A DNA stretch of 32,000 bases. Origin: Rhodococcus sp. B50 (GTDB lineage Bacteria > Actinomycetota > Actinomycetes > Mycobacteriales > Mycobacteriaceae). Location: positions 1,893,480 to 1,925,479 of the forward strand of contig NZ_WPAG02000002.1 of NCBI RefSeq assembly GCF_013602415.1, written 5' to 3'. A model generated the notes under the pieces. The model saw only the letters and a program-made list of their open reading frames with translations. It ran no database searches and was not told the DNA's origin. A program made the position numbers and the translations under genes. Of this stretch, positions 1 to 9,922 are shown piece by piece. Each line of letters begins with the position of its first letter. Positions within the stretch are counted from its first letter, which is position 1.

Positions 1-324
1 CGCGGTTCGTCGCGCCGACAGGACCGGGTGGATGACGGCCCCGACCGAGACACCCAGCCGCGAGAGCAACGCCAGCACCGACTCGACGAGCAACGGCATG
101 TCGTCGGTGACGATCTGCACGGCGACACCGAGGGTGTCGGTGCGGCGCACGCCGACGACCGCAGTGCCCTCTTCACGGTGACGGCCGAGGTGTACGTGTT
201 CGAGCGCGGCTGCGCCGGGATCGGTCGTGAATTCTCCGGAGCGCTCGTAGATCCGTTCGAGGACGACCTCGGGAGAGACATCGCTGCCCGTTGAATTTTT
301 CTGCGCCACAGCCGGATCGACCAT
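1..324 (-). CDS. gdh: NAD-specific glutamate dehydrogenase (large ~1600-aa GDH family), N-terminal fragment; the gene continues past the left edge of the window
   Basis: Manual reverse-strand translation from ATG at 324: MVDPAVAQKNSTGSDVSPEVVLERIYERSGEFTTDPGAAALEHVHLGRHREEGTAVVGVRRTDTLGVAVQIVTDDMPLLVESVLALLSRLGV... It stays open to position 1, so it is absent from the ORF track for lack of a stop. GGAGGGG Shine-Dalgarno at 331-339 (minus strand). The 'LGRHR...VQIVTDDMPLLV(E/D)SV' pattern and the position next to ettA match my recollection of mycobacterial Rv2476c/Rv2477c synteny. Confidence 0.6.
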   Translation of the reverse strand, partial: MVDPAVAQKNSTGSDVSPEVVLERIYERSGEFTTDPGAAALEHVHLGRHREEGTAVVGVRRTDTLGVAVQIVTDDMPLLVESVLALLSRLGVSVGAVIHPVLSARRTA

Positions 325-358
325 CGACACCCCTCCTGCTCTGTCGGGCGGATACACC

Positions 359-402
359 GCGCGCCGCGGACGGACTCGTGATCGAGCCTATCCGCGGCGC
401 GC
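359..402. repeat. Perfect 12-bp inverted repeat (GCGCGCCGCGGA - 20 nt - TCCGCGGCGCGC) between the thioesterase stop and the NAD-GDH start; a stem-loop or operator candidate
   Basis: Read directly from the sequence: the 359-370 arm is the exact reverse complement of 391-402. It lies about 50 nt past the thioesterase stop (453) and about 35 nt upstream of the gdh ATG (324). Confidence 0.6.
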
Positions 403-452
403 AGTCGGGGGGTCGGAACCGGCGGGTCGAACAGCAGCGGAGGAACGCTGGG

Positions 453-864
453 TCAGACGGTAGTGGCGATGCGGTGCCGGTCCAGCACCGCCCGCACCTC
501 GTCGCTCAGAGGCCGGGACGTGTCGGTCCCGGGATCGAAGCCGACGAGCACGGTGTCGCCGACGGCGCACACGACGCCCTCCCTGTCGAGGATCGTCTGG
601 CGCACCGTGAACGAGCTCGTGCCGAGACGCAGCACCGCCGTCTCGACCTCGATCGGCGCCGACGAGTCCTTGAGCGGCCGCAGGAACTCGACGTCCATCT
701 TCCGGACGACGACTGCGTCGCGCGACGGGAGCTCGCTCAGGAAGAACTTGATGCGCCCTTCCTGCAGGTACTCGACGACCTTGGCGTTGTTGACGTGTCC
801 GAGCCGGTCGGAGTCGCCCCAGCGCACCTCGATCGGGCACCGGTAGGGCCGGTGATCGTTCTGC

Positions 865-872
<8 letters not shown>
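453..872 (-). CDS. Acyl-CoA thioesterase, hotdog fold (4HBT / YbgC-FadM-like)
   Basis: ORF 453..920(-). The product contains 'YRCPIEVRWGDSDRLGHVNNAKVVEYLQEGRIKFF', typical of 4HBT thioesterases (catalytic Asp followed by GHVNN). I prefer the start at GTG 872 (VTEQNDH...), which overlaps the ettA stop by 8 nt; the ATG at 920 would overlap ettA by 56 nt. Confidence 0.75.
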
Positions 873-2538
<1,666 letters not shown>

Positions 2539-2610
2539 GACCACCAGCGTATCCGGCGACGGTCGATTACCCACATCGTGCAACCACGGGACGCCCGGGG
2601 AACGTCGGCG

Positions 2611-3741
2611 TCAGCGCCGCAGCAGGTCGGCGACGAAGCCGGTGGTGTCGGGCAACGATGCGAACATCGTCTCGGAATGCCCTGTCGGATACGTCCGGAA
2701 CTGCGCGTTCGCGCCCCCGGCCCACAGATCCCCGATCAGCTTGAACGCGAGCGGCGCGGGCACCGTCGTATCGCGCAGACCCTGGGCGAGGAACAGCGGC
2801 CGGTCGTATCCACGGGTCGGCACCGCTACATAGTCGGTCAAGGCAGCGCGGAACCGGTCGTCGCTCAGCGGACGGGCGACGACCTCACCGATGCCGACCT
2901 CGCCGTATCGGTCGATCAGCTCGCCGTAACAGAGCTGCTCGGCGGCGTCGACCACCTCCCGTCCGAAGGGCGTGAGATATCCGTCGACGTCCAGGGCAGG
3001 ATCGGCGTCGCGCAGGCCCGCGAAGATGTAGGCGGCGAACGCCGTGAGCCCGTCGAGACCGAGATCGGGGAAGCCCGGTAGTCCGAGCGGGAACACGTAC
3101 TCGAGGTTGGACGGCGCGCCCGTCGTGAGCGTCCCGCGGAAGTCCAGCTCGGGTGCGCGGGTGGTCGCCGTCTGCGCGGTGTGCAGACCCGTGTGCCCAC
3201 CCTGCGACTGCCCGATCACGACCCAGCGGTCGGACAACGCCGGCTCGACGGCGCGTCCCGCCCGCACGATGTCGATCACGCTGTTCGCGGCGCTCTGCCC
3301 GTCCAGATAGCGGTGCAGCCCGTCCGAGCCCAAACCCGGATAGTCGGCTGCCACCACGGCGTAGCCCTGCCCGAGCCAATGGTCGAGATAGGTGGTGTCG
3401 CGCGGGGTACGGGGCAACCGCGAAGGAGCGCACGAATCGTCGAGACCGACCGTGCCGTGGGCCCACGCGACCACGGGCCACCCGCCCTCGGGCGGGGTGC
3501 CGGGAGGGACGAACAACGCCCCGGTCGCCGTGATCGGGCTGCCGTCGCGCCACTGCGTCGTGTAGCCGAGGATGCGAGCCGAGGACGCGCCGGGCAGGGA
3601 CAACTCCGGCTCGAGTGGGGCGACCTCGACGACGTCGCCCGGCGCCGGGCTCGCGCCCACCGCGGGAGGTGACACGAGGGTCGTCAGCAGCGTCAGAGCA
3701 CCGGCGAGCAGCAATGCGGGGACACGCGTGAGACGGGTCAC
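2611..3741 (-). CDS. Secreted alpha/beta-hydrolase, secretory lipase (LIP) family
   Basis: ORF 2611..3837(-). Signal-peptide-like N-terminus 'VTRLTRVPALLLAGALTLLTTLVSPPAVGA' from GTG 3741. Nucleophile elbow 'GQSQGGH'. The start is uncertain (alternatives GTG 3765 and ATG 3837). Confidence 0.7.
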   Translation of the reverse strand: MTRLTRVPALLLAGALTLLTTLVSPPAVGASPAPGDVVEVAPLEPELSLPGASSARILGYTTQWRDGSPITATGALFVPPGTPPEGGWPVVAWAHGTVGLDDSCAPSRLPRTPRDTTYLDHWLGQGYAVVAADYPGLGSDGLHRYLDGQSAANSVIDIVRAGRAVEPALSDRWVVIGQSQGGHTGLHTAQTATTRAPELDFRGTLTTGAPSNLEYVFPLGLPGFPDLGLDGLTAFAAYIFAGLRDADPALDVDGYLTPFGREVVDAAEQLCYGELIDRYGEVGIGEVVARPLSDDRFRAALTDYVAVPTRGYDRPLFLAQGLRDTTVPAPLAFKLIGDLWAGGANAQFRTYPTGHSETMFASLPDTTGFVADLLRR

Positions 3742-3837
3742 GTCGAGGACGATACGGGCCGTCACTCCGCGGCGTCCGCATTCGTCCGATTCGCCGGATC
3801 GGGATTGAGCGATCCGTGCGACGGGCACCCTCCGCAC

Positions 3838-4692
3838 ATGACATCCCCCTCACACGGATCCGCGCCCGCACCGTCCCCCGCGACCCGCACCGGCCGCGAC
3901 CTCGCCCGTGTCGTGGCCGTGGCGGCGAGTGCTCCCGTCGCCGTCGTGGTGTCGTTCTTCGGTTCGGGTGCGGCGGGCGGGACGCCGGTCGCGGAGGCCG
4001 CGGGCGGTGCGTTGTCCGCCGACGCCACGGCGGTCGCCCCCGGGGGCCCGGCCTTCTCGATCTGGACCCTGATCTACGCCGGTCTGCTCGCGCTGGCGGT
4101 GTGGCAGGCGCTGCCGGCACACCACACCGATGCGCGTCAGCGCGCGGCGGGATGGTGGATCGCCGCCTCGATGCTGCTCAACGCCGCATGGATCACGGCG
4201 ATCCAGTTCGACCAGGTCTGGCTCAGTGTCGTGGTCATCGTCGCGTTGCTCGCCGTACTCGTCCGGGTGTTCCTGATCTTCACCCGAGTGCTGCCGTCGA
4301 CCAGGCTCGAAGCGGTGGTCGTCGACGGCACGATGTTCGTCTACCTGGGTTGGGTGTCGGTGGCGACCGTCGCCAACACCTCGGCGGCCCTGCGTTACGA
4401 GGACATCGATCCGTTCGGATGGGGCGCCGACGTGTGGGCGATCATCGTGCTGGCCGTCGTCGCCGCCGTGTCGGTGGTCCTCGCGACAGCCGGTCGGGGA
4501 CGACTCGCCGTGACCGGCGCGCTCGTGTGGGGGCTGGCGTGGATCGCGGTCGCTCGCACGAGCGACGACGGTCTGGTCTCCACTCCGGCGGCGGTCGCCG
4601 CAGTGACGGCCGCGGTGATCGCCATCGTGGCGACGGTCGTGACACGTATCAGCGCCGAGCGTTCACCGGCCCGCGCGACGTCCGCTGCTTGA
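3838..4692 (+). CDS. TspO/MBR-like (tryptophan-rich sensory protein family) integral membrane protein with an extended Ala/Pro-rich N-terminus
   Basis: ORF 3805..4692(+). Several TM helices carry TspO-like motifs ('FSIWTLIYAGLLALAVWQ', 'LLNAAWITAIQF', 'LGWVSVATVANT'). I prefer ATG 3838 over TTG 3805; the start is uncertain. Confidence 0.55.
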   Translation: MTSPSHGSAPAPSPATRTGRDLARVVAVAASAPVAVVVSFFGSGAAGGTPVAEAAGGALSADATAVAPGGPAFSIWTLIYAGLLALAVWQALPAHHTDARQRAAGWWIAASMLLNAAWITAIQFDQVWLSVVVIVALLAVLVRVFLIFTRVLPSTRLEAVVVDGTMFVYLGWVSVATVANTSAALRYEDIDPFGWGADVWAIIVLAVVAAVSVVLATAGRGRLAVTGALVWGLAWIAVARTSDDGLVSTPAAVAAVTAAVIAIVATVVTRISAERSPARATSAA

Positions 4693-4720
4693 TCCGCACT
4701 GCTCGATCCGCCGCACGCGG

Positions 4721-6754
4721 CTATCGGCCTTCTCGGTCGCGGCGCGCCAGCTCGGCGAACATCGCGTTGTGTGCTGCGAGGTCGGCGTCGTCGTCGCGCT
4801 CCGCAGCCCGGTCGACACGCCGCGCCGTGCGTCGGTCGGTGCGCGACCACTGGACCAGCAGCGCGAGCATCACGAGCACGAGCGGAATCTCACCGGCCGA
4901 CCACGCGATGCTGCCGCCGACCTTCTGGTCGGAGAACAGGTCGTAGTTCCACGGCAGGGCGAGGCCACGGTAGTAACCCTCGGCCATCACCGTGCCCATG
5001 CTCATGAGCGTCACACCGAAGAAGGCGTGGAACGGGAGCGAGCCGAAGACCATGGCCAGCTTCGTCACGGGCTGCACGTCGCGCGGCGACGGATCGACGC
5101 CGATCACCACCCAGTAGAACAGGTAGCCACTCAGCAGGAAGTGCAGGTTCATCAGGACGTGGGCGGTGTGGCTGTCGATGAACGCGGTGAAGATCCCACC
5201 GAGATACAGCGCGTAGAAGCCGCCGACGAACATCACCGAGGCGACGATCGGATGCGTGAAGAAGCGCGATGGCGGGCTGTGGAGGAACTCGAGGATCCAT
5301 TCGCGCGGGCCGGGAGGGGCGTTGCGTCCGGCCGGTGTGAACGCACGCAGGGCCAGGGTCATCGCCCCGCCGAGCGCCAGGAGCACGGGAGCGAGCATCG
5401 ACAGGGCCATGTGCGCGCCCATGTGCACGCTGAACATCGCCGGTGAGTACATGCCGACGCCGGAACTGGTGGCGACGAACAGCACGAAGCAGCCCGAGAA
5501 CCAGGCGATCGACCGGCCGAGCGGCCACGAGTCGCCACGCTTGCGCAGAGTCCACAGACCGACGGCGTAGGCAGCGGCGAGCACGAGTGCGGCAGTGCCG
5601 AAGATCAGGTCGAACCGCCACTGCCCGAAGAACAGGCTCACGAGGGACGGGGGTACGTCGAGCTGGTATCCGAGCTCGACCTCCTGGACCGTCGGCACCG
5701 AGGCCGGGGGCGGCGGAGGGGTGCGGCCCAGTCCCACGGCCAGGCCGATCGTGGCGGCGAGGACGAACGCCTCGACGACGGTGAACCGGATGAGAGCCGA
5801 CCGGCTGGTGGGGTCGGCCTCGAGAGCCGGGAGCGCCCGGCGTCGCTGGGCCCAGCCGAAGACGCCGAGCAGGACCAGCGCGACGACCTTCGCGAGGAGC
5901 AACCTGCCGTAGGTGGTGGAGGTCAGGTCGTCGAACGACATGCGAACCGCGGCGTTGATCACGCCGCTGACCGCCATCACGACGAACGCGAGTCCGGCGA
6001 CGAAGGAGAATCGTCGGGCGGCGATATCGGTGTGCTCCCCTCCCCGCATCGAATGGGCGAGCAGCGCGAACAACCCGCCGGCCCAGACGGACGCCGCGAC
6101 GAGGTGCAACACGAGGCTGTTGGTCGCCATGTCGTGCGAACCACCCGACGAGGAGTGCCCGGTCAGGGCGATCGGCATGAGGGCGACGAACGACAGCAGC
6201 AAGAGATAGGGCGTCCACGACCAGCGCACCGCGAGGCGGGTCAGCACAGCGGTGATCAGCGCGAGCACGGTCGTCCAGGCCCAGGCCAGCGCGACCTCCA
6301 CCTGGCCGAGTGCCGAGAACAGATTCTCCGGCCGGATGGCCTCGCTCAGCGGACTGCCGGAGGTATCGGACAGAGTCAACGGCACCATCAGCGCGGCGGT
6401 GACCGCCCATACCGTTGCCGCGACGCCCGCCGTCCGTACGGCGCGATAGCCGCCGACGTCGAGTACCCCGCTCCGCTGCGGGGGTACGAGGAAGGCTGCG
6501 AAGAACAACGATCCGATCGTGATGACGGTCGCGATCTCGGAGATCGCGCGCACCGCGGGCAGTCCGTAGGTCGTGAGCGGACCGGGGTCGGGGATACCGA
6601 GCAACACCAGAGCCTGGGCAGCGGACAACCCGACCGCGAACGCCGCGACGATCGCTGCGAGGAGGCCGAAGAGGATCAGCAGTGCCGGCGGGTTTCCCCT
6701 CGTGGGGGCGGGCGCCGGAGGCTGCGCGGGAGACGCGAGCTCGGATGTTGCCAT
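4721..6754 (-). CDS. Bifunctional CopD-like copper resistance / CtaG-type (caa3) cytochrome c oxidase assembly membrane protein
   Basis: ORF 4721..7036(-), start placed at ATG 6754 ('MATSELASPAQPP...'). About 14 predicted TM helices. The N-terminal half is CopD-like. The C-terminal half has His-containing helices typical of Bacillus-type CtaG ('FSVHMGAHMALSMLAPVLLALG', 'HVLMNLHFLLSGYLFYWVVIG'). The ATG lies 2 nt after the TAG of the upstream VWA gene (minus strand reads TAG-TC-ATG). Confidence 0.75.
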   Translation of the reverse strand: MATSELASPAQPPAPAPTRGNPPALLILFGLLAAIVAAFAVGLSAAQALVLLGIPDPGPLTTYGLPAVRAISEIATVITIGSLFFAAFLVPPQRSGVLDVGGYRAVRTAGVAATVWAVTAALMVPLTLSDTSGSPLSEAIRPENLFSALGQVEVALAWAWTTVLALITAVLTRLAVRWSWTPYLLLLSFVALMPIALTGHSSSGGSHDMATNSLVLHLVAASVWAGGLFALLAHSMRGGEHTDIAARRFSFVAGLAFVVMAVSGVINAAVRMSFDDLTSTTYGRLLLAKVVALVLLGVFGWAQRRRALPALEADPTSRSALIRFTVVEAFVLAATIGLAVGLGRTPPPPPASVPTVQEVELGYQLDVPPSLVSLFFGQWRFDLIFGTAALVLAAAYAVGLWTLRKRGDSWPLGRSIAWFSGCFVLFVATSSGVGMYSPAMFSVHMGAHMALSMLAPVLLALGGAMTLALRAFTPAGRNAPPGPREWILEFLHSPPSRFFTHPIVASVMFVGGFYALYLGGIFTAFIDSHTAHVLMNLHFLLSGYLFYWVVIGVDPSPRDVQPVTKLAMVFGSLPFHAFFGVTLMSMGTVMAEGYYRGLALPWNYDLFSDQKVGGSIAWSAGEIPLVLVMLALLVQWSRTDRRTARRVDRAAERDDDADLAAHNAMFAELARRDREGR

Positions 6755-6756
6755 GA

Positions 6757-7995
6757 CTACCAGGGTAGGACGTCCACGCCATGACCTACGACACGCCGTC
6801 GGAGTCCCCCGGCCCTCGTATCGGTGGACGTGACGACGTCGACGGCGTGCTGCAGGGCCACGAGTGTGTCGGCCGCCACCATCGCGTCGCAGTGCGGAAG
6901 CGCGGCGGACATCGATCCGGTCGAGGGCGTGAAGCCGGACTGCCCGGCCCGGGGGTTGAGCCACACCAGTCGGTGCGCGCGACGACGAATCCTGGCCAGG
7001 ACGTGGACGAGTTCGGTGGGATCGCCGCTGTCCCAACCGTCGGATGCGACTACGACGATCGCTCCGCGCATCAGGTGTCCGTGGCGCGAGGCGGCCACCT
7101 CGGCGAGCGAACCGGCGATGCGAGTGCCTCCGAACCGTGTCCGTACGCGCTCGTTGGCGACGTCGATCGCCTGTTCGACCGACCGGTGACGGAGCACGGG
7201 CGTCAGGCGCGTCGCTGTGGTGGAGAACACGAAGACCTCGGCCGTTCCGGTGTGCGCCAGCGCACGCACGAGATGCAGATACACCCCTGTGTAGGGACGC
7301 ATCGAGCGGCTGACATCACAGAACACGACGAGCTGCCGCCGCCGACGACCCGGCCGCGTGCGGATCAGACGGAGCGGCTCGAAACCGGTACTGCGGGAGA
7401 CGGCGATGCTCGCGCGGACGTCGACGCGCCCGGTGTGGCCTTCGACCCGGCGGCGGGTGCGGCGCGTCGCCCAGCGGATACCGGCCGCCTCGATCCACGA
7501 TTCGAGGAGTGCGAGGTGCGCCGGGTCGAGGTCGTCGAACCGCTGATCGGCGATCTCGGCCAGCGCACTCGCCACCTCGCGTCCCGGCCGGCCGCCCGCC
7601 CGCTCCCCCTCTGCGGATTCGACGATCGTCCTGGTGACCCACGGAACGTCGTGTCCGGATGCAGGAGCCACGCTCGGCCGGCGGGGTCCGTCCGGCGTCA
7701 CCGCCCCGGACGCGCCTTCGTCCTCCGGTCCCGTACGACGGGCGTGCGGGTCGAGCGGGAGAGGCGCCTCACCGAATACCCGGTCGAACACCGCGTCGAA
7801 GGTGGCCAGGCTCTCGTGCCGGTCGACGAGGGTGAGCCGCGCGGTCCAGTACAACCGGGTCCGGGTGGTCGACGGACACGCGCGTAGGGCGCGCGTGAAC
7901 GTCGCCGCTCCGTCCGCCGGAACCACGACCCCGGCGGACCTGAGCCGGTCGACCAACGCGACCGCGAAGGCGGCGTGATCGACGCCGGGCAGCAT
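6757..7995 (-). CDS. coxE: VWA domain protein, CoxE-like CO dehydrogenase maturation factor
   Basis: C-terminal 412 aa of ORF 6757..8970(-), start at ATG 7995 ('MLPGVDHAAFAVALVDRLRSAG'). MIDAS motif 'FCDVSRSM' (DxSxS) and 'VVASDGWD', typical of VWA_CoxE. It sits 8 nt downstream of the MoxR stop. Confidence 0.8.
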   Translation of the reverse strand: MLPGVDHAAFAVALVDRLRSAGVVVPADGAATFTRALRACPSTTRTRLYWTARLTLVDRHESLATFDAVFDRVFGEAPLPLDPHARRTGPEDEGASGAVTPDGPRRPSVAPASGHDVPWVTRTIVESAEGERAGGRPGREVASALAEIADQRFDDLDPAHLALLESWIEAAGIRWATRRTRRRVEGHTGRVDVRASIAVSRSTGFEPLRLIRTRPGRRRRQLVVFCDVSRSMRPYTGVYLHLVRALAHTGTAEVFVFSTTATRLTPVLRHRSVEQAIDVANERVRTRFGGTRIAGSLAEVAASRHGHLMRGAIVVVASDGWDSGDPTELVHVLARIRRRAHRLVWLNPRAGQSGFTPSTGSMSAALPHCDAMVAADTLVALQHAVDVVTSTDTRAGGLRRRVVGHGVDVLPW

Positions 7996-8003
7996 CCGGG
8001 CGC

Positions 8004-8903
8004 TCACGACGCCTCGGCGGAGGCGAACCGGGCCAGAGCCTCCCCCAACGCGTCGCCGTCGTCGGGAGTCTTCGCCAGCGCCGCGAGCGACATCGCCGCT
8101 TCGGGCCGGACGAGGTCGGTGACACCGAGCGCGGCGAGCGCCGACACCCAGTCGATGGTCTCCGCGATCCCGGGTGCCTTGTCGAGATCGAGTCCGCGAG
8201 CCACCGCGACGAAATCCGTGGCGCGTTCGACGAGTGCGGCGTTCGCCGACGGCACCGTGCGACGCAGGATCGCCACCGCTCGGGCGCGGTCGGGATAGTC
8301 GATCCAGTGGTACAGGCAACGTCGCCGCAGTGCGTCGTGCAGGTCGCGGCTCCGGTTCGAAGTCAGAACCACGACGGGCGGGCGGGTCGCGGTGAGGGTG
8401 CCGAGTTCGGGAACGGTGACCGCGAATTCCCCCAGGAATTCGAGCAGCAACGCCTCGAATTCGTCGTCGGCGCGGTCGATCTCGTCGACGAGCAGGACGG
8501 CGGGCGTGTCGCCGCGATGGCGTACGCAGCGCAGGATGGGGCGTTCGAGGAGGTATTCCTCGGAGTACAGGTCGGCTTCGGCGGGAACGTCGCCGCGTGC
8601 TTCGGCGAGCCGGATCGCGAGCAGCTGGCGTTGGTAGTTCCAGTCGTAGAGAGCCTCGGCGACCGACAGTCCCTCGTAGCACTGCAACCGGATCAGCGGG
8701 CTGCCGAGGATCTGCGCGAGCACCTTCGCGGCGGTGGTCTTGCCGACCCCGGGTTCGCCCTCGAGCAACAGCGGTCGCCCCAGCGCGACGGCGAGATGGA
8801 TCGCGGCGGCGGTGCCCTGATCGAGAAGGTGATCGTGGCTGTCGAATCCGGCCATCACGTCGTCGACGCCGGTGAAGATGCCCGGAGAGGACGGATCGGT
8901 CAC
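8004..8903 (-). CDS. coxD: MoxR-family AAA+ ATPase, CoxD-like
   Basis: ORF 8004..8903(-). Walker A 'GEPGVGKT', Walker B 'LLVDEIDRA', 299 aa. The GTG start overlaps the upstream gene's stop (GTGA). Classic MoxR-VWA pair downstream of coxMSL. Confidence 0.85.
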   Translation of the reverse strand: MTDPSSPGIFTGVDDVMAGFDSHDHLLDQGTAAAIHLAVALGRPLLLEGEPGVGKTTAAKVLAQILGSPLIRLQCYEGLSVAEALYDWNYQRQLLAIRLAEARGDVPAEADLYSEEYLLERPILRCVRHRGDTPAVLLVDEIDRADDEFEALLLEFLGEFAVTVPELGTLTATRPPVVVLTSNRSRDLHDALRRRCLYHWIDYPDRARAVAILRRTVPSANAALVERATDFVAVARGLDLDKAPGIAETIDWVSALAALGVTDLVRPEAAMSLAALAKTPDDGDALGEALARFASAEAS

Positions 8904-9898
8904 GCGATATCGTCCTTCTCGTAGCGGCTACGGCAGCCCGGGCAGCAGAACCACATCGTCCGGCCTGCAACGACGAGGTGTGGGGTGGACTCGGTGATCG
9001 TGACGGTCATCCCGCACACCGGGTCGACGGCCGTACGCGATTTCGGTCCCGTCTCCTTCGGCACCGCGACGCGTCGACCCCCCTCCTCGGAGGGGCGAGC
9101 GAGGCCGCCGCTGCGCGCGACTCGCACGATGTCGGCGACGATCGACAGTCCGATCTCAGCGGGGGTGCGCGCACCGATGTCGAGTCCGACCGGGGTGTGC
9201 ACGCGGGCACGCTCGTCGTCGGTGGGATCCACCTCGTCGAGCACCGCGGCGCCACGGGTGCGGCTGGCGACCAGGCCGACATAGCGGCTTCCGGTGTCGA
9301 GCGCCGCACGGATCACACTCCCCTCGTCGCCTCCGTGACTCGCGACGATGACCACCGACGCGTCGGCGGGAACGGCTGTCCCGCCGATCCGTTCCACCGA
9401 GTAGTCGATACGCCGCGCGAAGTCGCTCACGGCGTCGGCGACGGGCGAGTCCCCGAACACGGCCACCACCAGCGCAGGCATCCGCGGTTCGAGAAAGATC
9501 TCGGTGGCACCACCGGACATGCACGGGTTGACCGCGATAGTCGCCCCCGGAGTGTCGGGGAACTCGCCTGCTCCGGCGGGCAGTACCCGCAGGAGCATGC
9601 TCTCTCCTCGCTCGAGCACCGTGCGGGACGCTTCGCGCACCGAGTTCTCGGTGCACTGTCCGCCGACGAACCCCTCGATCGTGCCGTCGGCGTGGACGAG
9701 CGCCCGGTCGCCCGAGTGCGCGGACGTCGGTGGCTGTGCCCGCACGACGGTTGCTTCCACGAACGGGCGGCGTTCGGTGCGCAACTGTGCTGCCCGCGCC
9801 GCAAAATCCATGTCCCCGTACTCCGCTCGTTCGACCCCGTGCTGTGCTCGTTCCACCCCGTGCGGCGCTCGTTCCACCCCGTGCGGTGCTCGTTCCAC
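8900..9898 (-). CDS. XdhC/CoxI-family molybdoenzyme maturation protein fused to a C-terminal YHS/TRASH metal-binding domain, with a possible N-terminal heptad-repeat extension
   Basis: ORF 8900..9898(-). The XdhC_CoxI-like N-domain begins at 'MDFAARAAQLRTERRPFVEATVVRAQPPTSAHSGDRALVHADGTIEGFVGGQCTE', followed by a Rossmann-like XdhC_C region ('LVVAVFGDSPVA'). The C-terminus 'DPVCGMTVTITESTPHLVVAGRTMWFCCPGCRSRYEKD' matches the YHS/TRASH pattern. Two candidate starts: GTG 9898, with GGAGGG 7 nt upstream, includes the repeats; ATG 9811 is the homology-style start. Confidence 0.75.
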   Translation of the reverse strand: MERAPHGVERAPHGVERAQHGVERAEYGDMDFAARAAQLRTERRPFVEATVVRAQPPTSAHSGDRALVHADGTIEGFVGGQCTENSVREASRTVLERGESMLLRVLPAGAGEFPDTPGATIAVNPCMSGGATEIFLEPRMPALVVAVFGDSPVADAVSDFARRIDYSVERIGGTAVPADASVVIVASHGGDEGSVIRAALDTGSRYVGLVASRTRGAAVLDEVDPTDDERARVHTPVGLDIGARTPAEIGLSIVADIVRVARSGGLARPSEEGGRRVAVPKETGPKSRTAVDPVCGMTVTITESTPHLVVAGRTMWFCCPGCRSRYEKDDIA

Positions 9899-9900
9899 TC
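9825..9900. repeat. 21-bp tandem repeat, about 3.6 copies (unit GCTCGTTCCACCCCGTGCGGY)
   Basis: Direct reading: 9825-9845 gctcgttcgaccccgtgctgt; 9846-9866 gctcgttccaccccgtgcggc; 9867-9887 gctcgttccaccccgtgcggt; 9888-9900 gctcgttccactc (partial). The period is a multiple of 3. On the minus strand it encodes (V)ERAPHG/ERAPHG/ERAQHG/ERAEYG. Confidence 0.9.
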
Positions 9901-9922
9901 GGAATCCCTCCGGTCGCGTCGC

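Noticed and set aside
7996-8970. N-terminal extension of the VWA ORF (737 aa, 6757..8970) overlapping the MoxR gene out of frame
   Set aside because: The extension is Arg/Pro-rich junk in the alternative frame of the well-supported MoxR ATPase. The VWA/CoxE homology starts at 'MLPGVDHAAF' (ATG 7995).
9825-9900. Possible CRISPR array because of regularly repeated ~21-bp units
   Set aside because: The units are contiguous with no spacers, number only about 3.6 copies, are shorter than typical CRISPR repeats, and there are no cas genes. It is a simple tandem repeat.
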